Under the pieces are notes generated by a model. That model was not told the origin of the DNA, did not search any database, and worked only from the letters and a program-made list of their open reading frames with translations. Shown here piece by piece: positions 10,906 to 20,794 of a stretch of DNA of 64,000 bases. Position 1 is the stretch's first letter; every line of letters starts with the position of its first letter. The stretch lies in the NCBI GenBank assembly GCA_052279835.1, contig CP181291.1:3904001-3968000 (forward strand), read 5' to 3'. The DNA is from Microcoleus sp. Lineage in GTDB: Bacteria; Cyanobacteriota; Cyanobacteriia; Cyanobacteriales; Microcoleaceae. A program made the position numbers and the translations under genes.

Positions 10906-11136
10906 ATGAACACACAACAAGCTACTGGATATCTTTTATGCATTATTGGTCTCTTGGGATTAATTGCAACGTTTTTGCTTACATTGATGTTTATGTTTGT
11001 TTCTGGTTTTTGCGGTACAGCCCCGCATGGTTGCGATCAAACTCACGCAGATTTTTGGAATTTTTTATTAGGGGCATTAAATTGTTCCATATTGTTTATA
11101 CTTATGATCGTAAGTGGTAAACAGCTTATGAAATAA
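10906..11136 (+). CDS. Small hypothetical membrane protein (2 TM, Cys pair in loop)
   Basis: 76-aa ATG ORF with two hydrophobic stretches flanking CGTAPHGC. Confidence 0.55.
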   Translation: MNTQQATGYLLCIIGLLGLIATFLLTLMFMFVSGFCGTAPHGCDQTHADFWNFLLGALNCSILFILMIVSGKQLMK

Positions 11137-11312
11137 CGCCCATAATAGTCTAGCGATCAGATAAATGCTGCATCAAATCTTCCCGATAGTAGCCGGAAAA
11201 CGCGCTTATTTTTGTGATATTATATCATTTAATGGCAGATTAAAAAATATGTTAAATTTTGCTTTATACTGTACACTTGGATCGGCGATCGACAGCTTTT
11301 CTCTGAGATTTT

Positions 11313-11420
11313 CAGGGAAACGGCACTGCCGTTTCCTTAGCCATATCTGTGGCGAGGATCGACTTTGATTGACAGCTTGTCTGTGAGATTTGAGGGACAC
11401 GGCAGTGCCCTGTCGTTACC
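11313..11420. repeat. Pair of REP-like palindromes
   Basis: GGAAACGGCACTGCCGTTTCC and GGGACACGGCAGTGCCCTGTC. Confidence 0.7.
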
Positions 11421-11444
11421 TAAATCGGCGAATCACGAAATGCT

Positions 11445-12080
11445 CTAAACAGGTTTCACCCCAACTAATAAAGCCAGTTCCAGCCACTTCCAATAACAGT
11501 CTGCATCGTCAAAACCAATTTCTCTCAACCAGCGCAGTTGCGTTTCCACATCCAGCAATTTATTAGATGGATCGTCTGGCGAATCGCTAATACCCAGCGC
11601 TTCTCGAAATTTATGGTGTAAAGCCTCTGTTGCCGACGCTACGTGTTCCAAATTGCAAAAAATGCCTCCGGGTTCCAAAAGCTCGAAAATCTCGGTATAA
11701 AGGGAACGTTTGCGATCGTCCTCTACGTGGTGAATTGCAAAACTAGAAACAACCGCATCAAATTTGCCTAAATCCGGCAGAGAATCATCAAGGTTATGTT
11801 CAATTACTGTGACAGTGCGATCGTCAGCAAACCGAGTTCTGACTTTTGCCAACATTGTAGCCGAAAAGTCGATCGCCACACATTCAACATCCGGGCGATC
11901 GCACTTAAGCAAACCCAACAACCGCCCATCACCCGTACCAATATCCAGAATCCGCCGTACATTTTGCGGAACCTCCCCCAAAAGTACAGCTTCACCTTCC
12001 GTGCGGTGGGGGATACTATCAGCTTTAGCAAGATACCACAAAGCGTGTTCCGCAGAACTCCAAAGATTGACTTGACTCAT
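11445..12080 (-). CDS. Class I SAM-dependent methyltransferase
   Basis: LDIGTGDG motif I, FDAVVSSFAIHH, LEPGG. Confidence 0.92.
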   Translation of the reverse strand: MSQVNLWSSAEHALWYLAKADSIPHRTEGEAVLLGEVPQNVRRILDIGTGDGRLLGLLKCDRPDVECVAIDFSATMLAKVRTRFADDRTVTVIEHNLDDSLPDLGKFDAVVSSFAIHHVEDDRKRSLYTEIFELLEPGGIFCNLEHVASATEALHHKFREALGISDSPDDPSNKLLDVETQLRWLREIGFDDADCYWKWLELALLVGVKPV

Positions 12081-12086
12081 TACTTT

Positions 12087-12548
12087 TTAATCCTCATAAA
12101 CTTCGCCATTTTTGCGCGTAAAAATCCAACCATTCCCACTAGCTTGTGCGATTAAGTCATCATCAGGATAATGAGCCGAATCACCAGAAGTGCGATCGCC
12201 AATTTCCAGATAAACAACCTCAGAATTACTGCGATTCACTAAATGATGCCCATCAGCATTCCCAGCCGGAAAACCCGCAGCCATACCCGGTTTTAGCACT
12301 TGCTCCCCCGCATTAGTCACCAAAGAAACATCCCCTTCCAGAACATAGATTAACTCATCTTGACAACTATGCCAATGTCTGAGAGCAGAACAACTACCCG
12401 GTGCAAGCCGCACTAAATTCACCCCAAAATTTTTCAATCCGGCAGCATTACCCAAGCGCTTTTTCACCCTGCCCGCCACCACTGGTTTAAATTGCTGAGG
12501 ATAATTAGAAGTCGTAATTTCCGCCACATCTTCAGGATTAACAATCAT
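12087..12548 (-). CDS. Cupin-domain protein
   Basis: HWHSCQDE...GHHLVN cupin motifs. Confidence 0.9.
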   Translation of the reverse strand: MIVNPEDVAEITTSNYPQQFKPVVAGRVKKRLGNAAGLKNFGVNLVRLAPGSCSALRHWHSCQDELIYVLEGDVSLVTNAGEQVLKPGMAAGFPAGNADGHHLVNRSNSEVVYLEIGDRTSGDSAHYPDDDLIAQASGNGWIFTRKNGEVYED

Positions 12549-12825
12549 AAAAACCTCCTGCTATAAATTATCAATTATCTCCTTGTTAGTTAGCAACAGG
12601 TGTAGCCAAGGCAAAATTAGCCCATCCCCCCACCATCGCCGCCACCGTGAGAAAAACAATTTTAATTTCTGTTTTCATAATTACAAAACACGCATTAATT
12701 CGAGATTAATCCATTTTATACCACTTGCCAGAACCCCACCACTGTGGTATCCTACCTCCGACAGTTCCCCCAACCCATTAAGAATGTGTTATAAATATTG
12801 AGATTCATTAAGAAATATTGCTCAA

Positions 12826-14277
12826 ATGCTCGTTTCCTCCTCCGGTGTCAGCAAACTCAAAGAATATTTAAAAGAAAAAGTATTCTTTGGGAATGAGCCA
12901 ACCCCCGAACTCATAGCCATCTTACTGATTTACTTCGTCCAAGGTATCCTCGGACTAGCCCGCTTAGCCGTCAGCTTCTTCCTCAAAGACGAACTCGGCA
13001 TGAGCCCCGCCGAAGTCTCAGCCATGCTGGGCGTCGTCGCCCTACCTTGGATGATCAAACCCCTATTCGGCTTCATGTCCGACGGGTTGCCGATATTTGG
13101 CTACCGCAGACGGCCTTACATAGTCCTTTCCGGGCTGTTGGGAATGTCAGCATGGGTGGCCCTAGCCACAATAGTACACACACCCTTGGCCGCTACAGGG
13201 GCGATCGCCCTAAGTTCCCTGTCCCTCGCCGTCAGCGACGTCATCGCAGACTCCCTAGTAGTCGAAAGAGCCCGAAAAGAATCCCTTACCGACGCCGGTT
13301 CCCTGCAATCCCTTTCCTGGGGCGCATCAGCCCTCGGCGGACTAATTACCGCCTACCTCAGCGGTTCCCTACTCCAACAATTCTCCACCCACACCATATT
13401 TTTAATCACCGCCTCTTTCCCGCTCATTGTCTCAGCAACAGCCTGGTTAATTAGCGAAGAAAAAGTCAACAAAAGAACCGACTTTGAAACAGTAAAAAAT
13501 CAATTCAAACAACTCCGACAAGCTGTGAGCCAAAAAACAATTTGGTTGCCCACCGCCTTTCTTTTCCTGTGGCAAGCAACCCCAAGTTCCGACTCCGCCT
13601 TCTTCTTTTTCACCACCAACGAATTAGGCTTCCAACCAGAATTTCTCGGCCGCGTGCGCCTAGTTACCAGTCTGGCGGCTCTTGTCGGTATCTGGCTGTT
13701 TCAGCGCTTCCTCAAAACAATTCCATTTCGAGTAATTTTCGGCTGGTCAACAGTAATTGCCACAGTCTTGGGATTGACAAGTTTAATATTAGTAACTCAC
13801 GCCAACCGAGCTTTAGGAATAGACGACCAGTGGTTCAGCATCGGAGATAGCCTCATCTTAACAGTAATCGGGCAAATTGCTTATATGCCAGTGCTGGTAT
13901 TGTGCGCGCGATTGTGTCCCCCCGGCGTAGAAGCAACTTTATTTGCGCTGCTGATGTCCATCACCAATTTAGCCGGACTTTTGTCCTACGAAGGTGGTGC
14001 AGTTTTGACTCACTGGTTAGGAATTACCGATCGCAATTTCGACAATCTCTGGCTGCTAGTCCTCATCACCAACCTGTCCACACTTCTACCGCTACCATTC
14101 CTAAGTTGGCTACCCGCTGAAAACACAGAAATTGGCCCAAACAATCAAAACACACTGCCATTATTAGAAGCGGAAATGGGAAGCACCAAACCAACAGGAC
14201 AACATTTCATGCCTGAATATTTTCCCGACTTAGTACCAACAGTAATCTCAGAAAGCCGAACCGCAGATAGCAAATGA
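12826..14277 (+). CDS. Folate/biopterin (BT1/FBT) MFS transporter
   Basis: YFVQG, PWMIKPLFG..SD, RRRPY and LCPPGVEATLFALLMS motifs. Confidence 0.93.
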   Translation: MLVSSSGVSKLKEYLKEKVFFGNEPTPELIAILLIYFVQGILGLARLAVSFFLKDELGMSPAEVSAMLGVVALPWMIKPLFGFMSDGLPIFGYRRRPYIVLSGLLGMSAWVALATIVHTPLAATGAIALSSLSLAVSDVIADSLVVERARKESLTDAGSLQSLSWGASALGGLITAYLSGSLLQQFSTHTIFLITASFPLIVSATAWLISEEKVNKRTDFETVKNQFKQLRQAVSQKTIWLPTAFLFLWQATPSSDSAFFFFTTNELGFQPEFLGRVRLVTSLAALVGIWLFQRFLKTIPFRVIFGWSTVIATVLGLTSLILVTHANRALGIDDQWFSIGDSLILTVIGQIAYMPVLVLCARLCPPGVEATLFALLMSITNLAGLLSYEGGAVLTHWLGITDRNFDNLWLLVLITNLSTLLPLPFLSWLPAENTEIGPNNQNTLPLLEAEMGSTKPTGQHFMPEYFPDLVPTVISESRTADSK

Positions 14278-14433
14278 AGGAAGAAGGAAGAAGTCACCCC
14301 CCAAGGAGGAGGGCGGTTTCATTCTCAAGAAAATAATGATTGTGTAGGGGTAGTGGATGGTGCGTGCCTACCCCCATCACTCTCCCACTCTCTGTGGCCT
14401 CTGTGGTTAAATCAATAAAAGCTTATTCTACCA

Positions 14434-15921
14434 ATGCAAAACCTAAAAACTTCCCAACTAAAAACAACAGCCAAAACCTCATCATACGATCGCACCGACT
14501 GGCAACGAGGCTACGAATCCCAGCGCAACGAATCCGACTACTGGATAGACGAAATAGAAGGTGAAATCCCCCCCGACTTACAAGGCACATTCTTTCGCAA
14601 CGGGCCTGGTTTGCTAGATATCAACGGCGAACAAATTCACCACCCCTTTGATGGCGATGGGATGATTTGTGCGATCGCAATTTCCGACGGGCGCGCCTAC
14701 TTCCGCAACAGATTCATCCACACCGAAGGCTATCTAGCAGAAAAAACCGCCGGAAAAATCCTCCATCGAGGCGTTTTCGGCACCCAGAAACCAGGAGGTT
14801 GGCTCAGTAATATATTTGACCTCAAAATCAAAAACATTGCCAACACCAACATCATTTATTGGGGAGACAAACTATTAGCACTTTGGGAAGCAGCAGCACC
14901 CTACAGACTAGACCCTTCCACCTTAGAAACCATCGGCTTAGATACCCTAGACGGCATCTTGCAGCCCGGTGAAGCATTCGCCGCTCACCCCAGAATTGAA
15001 AAAGGCAAAAATGGAGCCGGAGACAGACTCATAAACTTTTCTGTCAAACCAGGTTTGTCTAGCGTAATTACAATTTACGAACTCGAAGAAAGTGGCAAAC
15101 TATTGCAAAAACACGCCCATGCAATACCCGGTTTTGCCTTCCTACACGACATGGTAATTACCCCCAATTACTGCATATTTTTCCAAAATCCCGTCAGCTT
15201 CAACCCTATACCTTTCGTGTTAGGAATGCGGAGTGCGGCCCAGTGCATTCAATTTTCACCCAACAAGCCCACGCAAGCAATTTTAATTCCGCGCAACGGC
15301 ACCGATAAAGTGAAAATATTAGAAACAGAACCATGTTTTGTTTTCCACCACTGCAACGCCTGGGAAGAAGACGGCGAAGTCTTTGTAGATTCAGTATGCT
15401 ACGAATCATTCCCCAACGTCGAGCCAGATGGCGATTTTCGCGAGATAGATTTCGATAGCATTCCCGCCGGGGAATTGTGGCGGTTCAAGCTGAATTTACA
15501 AGCGGAAACAGTGGAGCATCAAGTAGTTGAAACTCGATGCTGCGAATTTCCAACTTTACATCCAAATAATGTCGGACAGCCTTACCGATATCTTTACATT
15601 GGTGCCGCCGATGCTCCCACCGGCAATGCTCCTCTGCAAGCCATTCTCAAATTTGATTTCCTAACAGGAGAAAGGCAACTTTGGAGTGCGGCACCGCGCG
15701 GTTTTGCTGGGGAACCAGTGTTTGTGGCGCGTCCCGATGCTGTTGCTGAGGATGATGGCTGGCTGCTGGTTTTGATGTACGATGCTGCTAATCATCGATC
15801 GACCTTAGTAATTTTAGATGCTAGGGATATCGCGAAAGGGCCTGTGGCGCAGTTGCATTTAAAATATCATATTCCCTACGGTTTGCATGGAAGTTTCACA
15901 TCAAATGTATTTCTTCCTTAA
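14434..15921 (+). CDS. Carotenoid/apocarotenoid cleavage oxygenase (RPE65 family)
   Basis: RNGPG, HPFDGDG, AHP, HD, FHH, EDDG and PYGLHG motifs. Confidence 0.94.
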   Translation: MQNLKTSQLKTTAKTSSYDRTDWQRGYESQRNESDYWIDEIEGEIPPDLQGTFFRNGPGLLDINGEQIHHPFDGDGMICAIAISDGRAYFRNRFIHTEGYLAEKTAGKILHRGVFGTQKPGGWLSNIFDLKIKNIANTNIIYWGDKLLALWEAAAPYRLDPSTLETIGLDTLDGILQPGEAFAAHPRIEKGKNGAGDRLINFSVKPGLSSVITIYELEESGKLLQKHAHAIPGFAFLHDMVITPNYCIFFQNPVSFNPIPFVLGMRSAAQCIQFSPNKPTQAILIPRNGTDKVKILETEPCFVFHHCNAWEEDGEVFVDSVCYESFPNVEPDGDFREIDFDSIPAGELWRFKLNLQAETVEHQVVETRCCEFPTLHPNNVGQPYRYLYIGAADAPTGNAPLQAILKFDFLTGERQLWSAAPRGFAGEPVFVARPDAVAEDDGWLLVLMYDAANHRSTLVILDARDIAKGPVAQLHLKYHIPYGLHGSFTSNVFLP

Positions 15922-16156
15922 ACCATAGGTTAGCAGTCCGCTGGAATCTCAAGGAAAAGTGCGATGTCTGAACAAGACATCGCTAATATTATTACGATCC
16001 AACCAGGTAAAAAATCCGGTTTCTGATATAAAATCCTATCTTCATCGTCCTGTATTAAACTCACTCTTCTCTTCCTCTTTCCCCCCTTGGGGGGGGCAGG
16101 GGGGGGTCGTCCTTAGCGCCTTCGCGGTTAAATCATTCCGAATTATTATCTAATTC

Positions 16157-17056
16157 ATGCAAATTGTCAACCACAATAACCTCAAAAAAATACTTATTTT
16201 AATTTGCAATCTCATCCTAATTTTTGCAATTACTTTATCTATTTACTCTCCCGTAGCTCATGCTCAAGAACCTTACACCCCAAATCCAGAAAGCTCTGCG
16301 CCTCCCAAAGGCTTAGTAGAGGTGACAATGACTGCGATCGGAGTCGATCCCGTAAAAAACGAATTAGAAACACGCTTAGAATTTGAACTAAAAGGCATTT
16401 ACAAAAAAGGGCCTACCTATCCAGCTCAAGATTTGTTAATGACAGTTAACGGTGCAAATATAGAAGATTCAGAGATTACTTTCAAAGCAGGTAAACCGAT
16501 GATTTTTCCTGCTTTAAAGTTCAATTTAGTCAAGGGTAAAATTAACAATTATCCCTTTGACAGGCACATTGCTAAAGTAGCTATTTCCATCGATCCGCTG
16601 CCTTCGATTCGGAAAAAATTTGCCCCTTTTGAACTCAACCCCGTACCGCTGCTATTTAAGTTCAATGCCGATGTTCCAGGTTTTGACATCACTTACAAGC
16701 CTCTGGAAGAAAATTCATCTATCTTTATTTATATCGATGTTCGCATAACTCGATCGCTCCCGGTAAAATTTTTTGCTTTAACCATTATCGTGATTATGTG
16801 GGTGCTATCAACTATGGCACTGCTGCTAGCATTGAAAGTGATGAAATCGGGTAAGTTACCGGAAATTGGAATGTTGAGTTGGACTGCTGTGATGCTGTTT
16901 GCTTTTCCGGCTATTCGTAACGCTCAGCCGGGAGTGCCTCCTGTGGGAACAGCAAGTGATTTCTTATCATTTTTTTGGACGGAAATTATTGTAGTCGTGG
17001 CTTTGGTGATTATTGGTAGTTGTTGGTTGAAACGGTATCATCCACGAATTGAATAA
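16157..17056 (+). CDS. DUF4436-like membrane protein
   Basis: YPFDRH and MLFAFPAIRNAQPGVPPVG..DF motifs; C-terminal TM segments. Confidence 0.75.
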   Translation: MQIVNHNNLKKILILICNLILIFAITLSIYSPVAHAQEPYTPNPESSAPPKGLVEVTMTAIGVDPVKNELETRLEFELKGIYKKGPTYPAQDLLMTVNGANIEDSEITFKAGKPMIFPALKFNLVKGKINNYPFDRHIAKVAISIDPLPSIRKKFAPFELNPVPLLFKFNADVPGFDITYKPLEENSSIFIYIDVRITRSLPVKFFALTIIVIMWVLSTMALLLALKVMKSGKLPEIGMLSWTAVMLFAFPAIRNAQPGVPPVGTASDFLSFFWTEIIVVVALVIIGSCWLKRYHPRIE

Positions 17057-17060
17057 TCGA

Positions 17061-17277
17061 GGAAGAAGGAAGAAGTCACCCCCCCCCTGCCCCCCCCAAG
17101 GGGGGAAATTCAGGAAGAAGGAAGAAGTCACCCCCCCCTGCCCCCCAAGGGGGGAAATTCAGGAAGAAGGAAGAAGTCACCCCCCCCTGCCCCCCCCAAG
17201 GGGGGAAATTCAGGAAGAAGGAAGAAGTCACCCCCCCCTGCCCCCCAAGGGGGGAAATTCAGGAAGAAGGAAGAAGT
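17061..17277. repeat. Tandem array of 4 x ~50-bp units, same family as 481-745
   Basis: GGAAGAAGGAAGAAGTCA-Cn-TG-Cn-AA-G6-AAATTCA repeated four times. Confidence 0.95.
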
Positions 17278-17379
17278 TGGGGGGGGCGGGTTTATGAGAT
17301 TATGGGTTTTAGGCAATTATTGTTGGTAAAACCCGCCCCTACCAAACTTATGTTTACTCAGGCACAGACTCTCGGCAAT

Positions 17380-18234
17380 TCAATTCTTGATTTCCAAATT
17401 TTCAATATCTTTCGTTGGTATTCCCAAGCCTCGCAAAATACTAAAAGCCATGATTCGATACCCGGATGGATTCGGGTGCACTCCGTCTGCTGCTAACAAA
17501 TTTAGAGTTTTGCCAGCGTGTCTTTGAAAAGTGCCGATCACTTCCCGAAAAGGTTTATTTAAATCAATAAATAAGCATTGATTCTGTAAAGCAATTTCTC
17601 GCATGGCGAGAATATATTCTTGTAAACGCTGGTTTTCTGGACCATCGAGAACTTCACGGATGGGAGTAGGAGAAAGTAGGGCCACTCGAATTCCTGCTGC
17701 TTTGGAAGCTTCCACCATTTGTGTGAGTTTCTGTTTGTATTCTGCTAATCCTACTCCGGTGGATAAGTTTCCTTGGGGATGAAATTGACGGTTTTGGAAG
17801 TCAAAGAATGCGTGCCAAACGTCGTTGACTCCAACGTTAATCATGACTAAATCGGGTTTTTTGTCAATGACATCTTGCTGGAAACGTGCTTGCATATCTG
17901 TGGCTTTGTTCCCGGAGATGCCGACGTTGATGATTTCGATCGCGCGATCGGGATACAGACCATTTAGATAGCGTTGCAGTAGCCAAACGTAACCTCCGGG
18001 GTATTTGCCGGCTTCTGTGATGCTGTCGCCAATGGTGACAATTCTGCGTTTGCCGGCGAGGATGTTCTCGATTTCTGGCGGTAGACTAGCTATTGATGGG
18101 GATTCTGGAAACATGGGAATTAAGGAGTGAGGAATGTTGATAAAAATCAAAGCAGCAATGACTGCGGTGGCAAATCTGATGACTATTTGCTTTAATGGAT
18201 ATTTGGGGCGTGGCGATCGCACTTTGGGAGACAT
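17380..18234 (-). CDS. SGNH/GDSL hydrolase
   Basis: GDSIT, GISG, GVND and DGVHP blocks. Confidence 0.93.
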   Translation of the reverse strand: MSPKVRSPRPKYPLKQIVIRFATAVIAALIFINIPHSLIPMFPESPSIASLPPEIENILAGKRRIVTIGDSITEAGKYPGGYVWLLQRYLNGLYPDRAIEIINVGISGNKATDMQARFQQDVIDKKPDLVMINVGVNDVWHAFFDFQNRQFHPQGNLSTGVGLAEYKQKLTQMVEASKAAGIRVALLSPTPIREVLDGPENQRLQEYILAMREIALQNQCLFIDLNKPFREVIGTFQRHAGKTLNLLAADGVHPNPSGYRIMAFSILRGLGIPTKDIENLEIKN

Positions 18235-18272
18235 TACGCAGTTTGTATTAAATTCATGCTTGAGGAAATTGT

Positions 18273-18569
18273 ATGATGAAACTACAACAGTTATTACAGT
18301 CCAAGCGCGAGGATATTCTGGCGGTGGCGCTGCGACATGGGGCGTTTAATGTGCGGGTGTTTGGTTCGGTGGCGCGGGGTGAGGAGACTGAGAGTAGTGA
18401 TATTGACCTGTTGGTGGATTATGATTTACAGAAAATTTCGCCTTGGTTTCCTGTGCGGTTAATTCGAGATTTGGAGGATTTATTAAGTCGGAAGGTGGAT
18501 GTGGTGACGGAGAAGGGGCTAAAGGATCGAATTCGCGATCGGGTTTTGCAGGATTGTATTTTGTTATGA
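18273..18569 (+). CDS. MNT (minimal nucleotidyltransferase) antitoxin, copy 1
   Basis: FGSVARGE...SDIDLLVD (GSx10DxD). Confidence 0.92.
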   Translation: MMKLQQLLQSKREDILAVALRHGAFNVRVFGSVARGEETESSDIDLLVDYDLQKISPWFPVRLIRDLEDLLSRKVDVVTEKGLKDRIRDRVLQDCILL

Positions 18570-18901
18570 GAAGTGATACTGAACGACTCAAGGATATTGA
18601 TGAGGCGATCGCAAAAATTGAAAAATACACTGTCAGGGGAAAGCAGAATTTTTTAGATGATGAGTTGGTACAGACTTGGGTTTTATTCAATCTACAAACT
18701 ATTGGTGAGGCGGTAAGGTCGATGTCTGAGGATATTAGGAGACGCTATTCACAGGTAAGTTGGCAAGATATTATTGATTTTCGCAATTTGGTTGTCCATG
18801 AGTATTTTAGAGTTGATTTAGATTTAGTTTGGCTGATTGTGGAGAATGAGTTGCCGAGTTTAAAGTCTCAAATTAAATTGATGCTTGAGGAAATTGTATG
18901 A
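18566..18901 (+). CDS. HEPN (DUF86/HepT) RNase toxin
   Basis: IGEA and FRNLVVHEY (Rx4HxY) motifs; ATGA overlap with MNT. Confidence 0.92.
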   Translation: MRSDTERLKDIDEAIAKIEKYTVRGKQNFLDDELVQTWVLFNLQTIGEAVRSMSEDIRRRYSQVSWQDIIDFRNLVVHEYFRVDLDLVWLIVENELPSLKSQIKLMLEEIV

Positions 18902-19194
18902 TGAAACTACAGCAGTTATTACAGTCCAAGCGCGAGGATATTCTGGCGGTGGCGCTGCGACATGGGGCGTTTAATGTGCGGGTGTTTGGTTCGGTGGCGC
19001 GGGGTGAGGAGACTGAGAGTAGCGATATCGATCTGTTGGTGGATTATGATTTACAGAAAATTTCGCATTGGTTCCCAGGGGGGTTATTGATGGATTTGCA
19101 AGATATGCTAGGTTGTAAGGTAGATATTGTCACGGAACAGGGGTTAAGTCGTTTGATTAAGGATCGGGTTTTGGCGGAGGCCAAGTCTCTATGA
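18898..19194 (+). CDS. MNT antitoxin, copy 2
   Basis: First ~56 codons encode the same sequence as copy 1; C-terminus differs. Confidence 0.9.
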   Translation: MMKLQQLLQSKREDILAVALRHGAFNVRVFGSVARGEETESSDIDLLVDYDLQKISHWFPGGLLMDLQDMLGCKVDIVTEQGLSRLIKDRVLAEAKSL

Positions 19195-19405
19195 ATTTAG
19201 AACGAGATCGGGTTTATTTGCCTGATTTGGAAAGGGCAACTCAAGGTATTGCTAATACTTTTTGGAATAATTAAGGATGCTATATGATGACTTTACAATA
19301 AATTATAGATATGGTTAAAAGTTTATCAGTAGAAGATCGGGAGAGGAATTGTTAGAAATGGTAATTTTATTGGTTGATATTGGGAGCCATGATGAGGTTT
19401 ATTAA
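19191..19405 (+). pseudogene. Remnants of a deleted HEPN gene and of another antitoxin/RelE-YafQ-like toxin pair
   Basis: MNLERDRVYLPDLERAT (HEPN-like N- and C-ends fused); MMTLQ*IIDMVKSLSVEDRE; EMVILLVDIGSHDEVY*. Confidence 0.6.
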
Positions 19406-19475
19406 AGGGTGCAATAAATTCTGAAGTTTCAGCTATGATATAAACAGGACTTACGCACTTTAAAGTAATTCTTTT

Positions 19476-20015
19476 TTGCCCATGAGTTCCGATCTAGTTC
19501 CTCTCCTGCCCAAAGTATCCATTGGCCGTCGCGCCGCTGCTTTCAGCATTGATACGATCGCCGTTGGGCTACCCAGTTTGCTTCTTGGTACAAATCCGAT
19601 CGCCCAAATCATCTTTTTTGTCCTACTCTGGCTGATCATGCGAGTAGCCATCGTCAGGAAAAATAAAGGCCAAAGTCTCGGCCGCTGGGCTTTGGACATG
19701 AAAATTGTCGATCCCAGACTCGATCGCACTCCCGGCGTCCAAAAACTTTGCAAACGCGAAGCTGTGCTTGGTGGCTGTGCAGCCCTAGCCTTCCTAGGTA
19801 TAGGGGGACTCACATCCACCAATGCCGCCGTTTTGTTACTCCTATTACCCCTGGCGATCGACTGTAGCGTTGCTTTCACCGACACCGCCCGATTTCCCCA
19901 GGCATTTCACGATCGCCTTGGTGGTACAATCGTCGTCGGCACCCGCCGTGGCTACTCCCTAGACATCAAAGTCAAAAGATTGCTTGACCAAGTACACAGC
20001 AATGTGAGAAGATAA
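19476..20015 (+). CDS. RDD-family membrane protein
   Basis: RRAAAFSID, GQSLGRW and QAFHDR motifs. Confidence 0.88.
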   Translation: MPMSSDLVPLLPKVSIGRRAAAFSIDTIAVGLPSLLLGTNPIAQIIFFVLLWLIMRVAIVRKNKGQSLGRWALDMKIVDPRLDRTPGVQKLCKREAVLGGCAALAFLGIGGLTSTNAAVLLLLLPLAIDCSVAFTDTARFPQAFHDRLGGTIVVGTRRGYSLDIKVKRLLDQVHSNVRR

Positions 20016-20053
20016 TAAATTGTGTTTAAATTAGTCGAAATTTATTTAGAATT

Positions 20054-20242
20054 ATGGCTAAAGGCGTCCGCATCATAATTACTCTAGAGTGTACTGAGTG
20101 CCGAACTAATGCCAGCAAACGCTCAAAAGGCGTTTCTCGGTACACCACGACCAAAAACCGTCGGAACACGACGGCCAGACTAGAACTCAAAAAGTTCTGC
20201 CCCCATTGCAACAAGCATACTGGTCACAAAGAGATCAAGTAA
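20054..20242 (+). CDS. rpmG: 50S ribosomal protein L33
   Basis: ITLECTEC...[11 protein letters not shown]. Confidence 0.98.
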   Translation: MAKGVRIIITLECTECRTNASKRSKGVSRYTTTKNRRNTTARLELKKFCPHCNKHTGHKEIK

Positions 20243-20244
20243 TC

Positions 20245-20395
20245 AGTGGTCAGTGGTCAGTGGTCAGTGGTCAGTAGTCAGTAGTTATTTGTTATTTGTG
20301 AGGGTTTACCAATAACCAATTACCAATTATCAATTACCGATTACCAATTACCGATTACCGATTACCGATTACCAATTACCAATTACCAATTACCA
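20245..20395. repeat. STRR arrays (GTGGTCA)n and (CCA/GATTA)n
   Basis: Tandem heptamers between rpmG and rpsR. Confidence 0.88.
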
Positions 20396-20402
20396 AAGAA
20401 CC

Positions 20403-20618
20403 ATGACTTACTTTCGCCGGCGTGTATCGCCAATTAAACCAGGAGATCCGATCGACTACAAAGACGTCGATTTACTCAAAAAATACGTCACCGAACGGGG
20501 TAAAATCCTGCCTCGGCGGATTACAGGCTTGACAGCCAAACAACAACGAGACCTGACCAGAAGCATCAAAAGAGCCAGAATTGTAGCTTTGATGCCCTTC
20601 GTCAACCAAGAAGGTTAA
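20403..20618 (+). CDS. rpsR: 30S ribosomal protein S18
   Basis: [16 protein letters not shown] and IKRAR motifs. Confidence 0.98.
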   Translation: MTYFRRRVSPIKPGDPIDYKDVDLLKKYVTERGKILPRRITGLTAKQQRDLTRSIKRARIVALMPFVNQEG

Positions 20619-20794
20619 TCGGATTTTGGATTTAAGATTTTAGATTTTGGACGGTGATAAAACCTAGGCAAAAGTAACGTTTTTTACGTGATTTAACCAG
20701 AAAAAATACAATTCTCCAAAATCTAAAATCCCCAAGTCGAAACCAGACAAGTAGCCCATGTAAAAATCTAAAATATAAATTATATAACTGGCAA

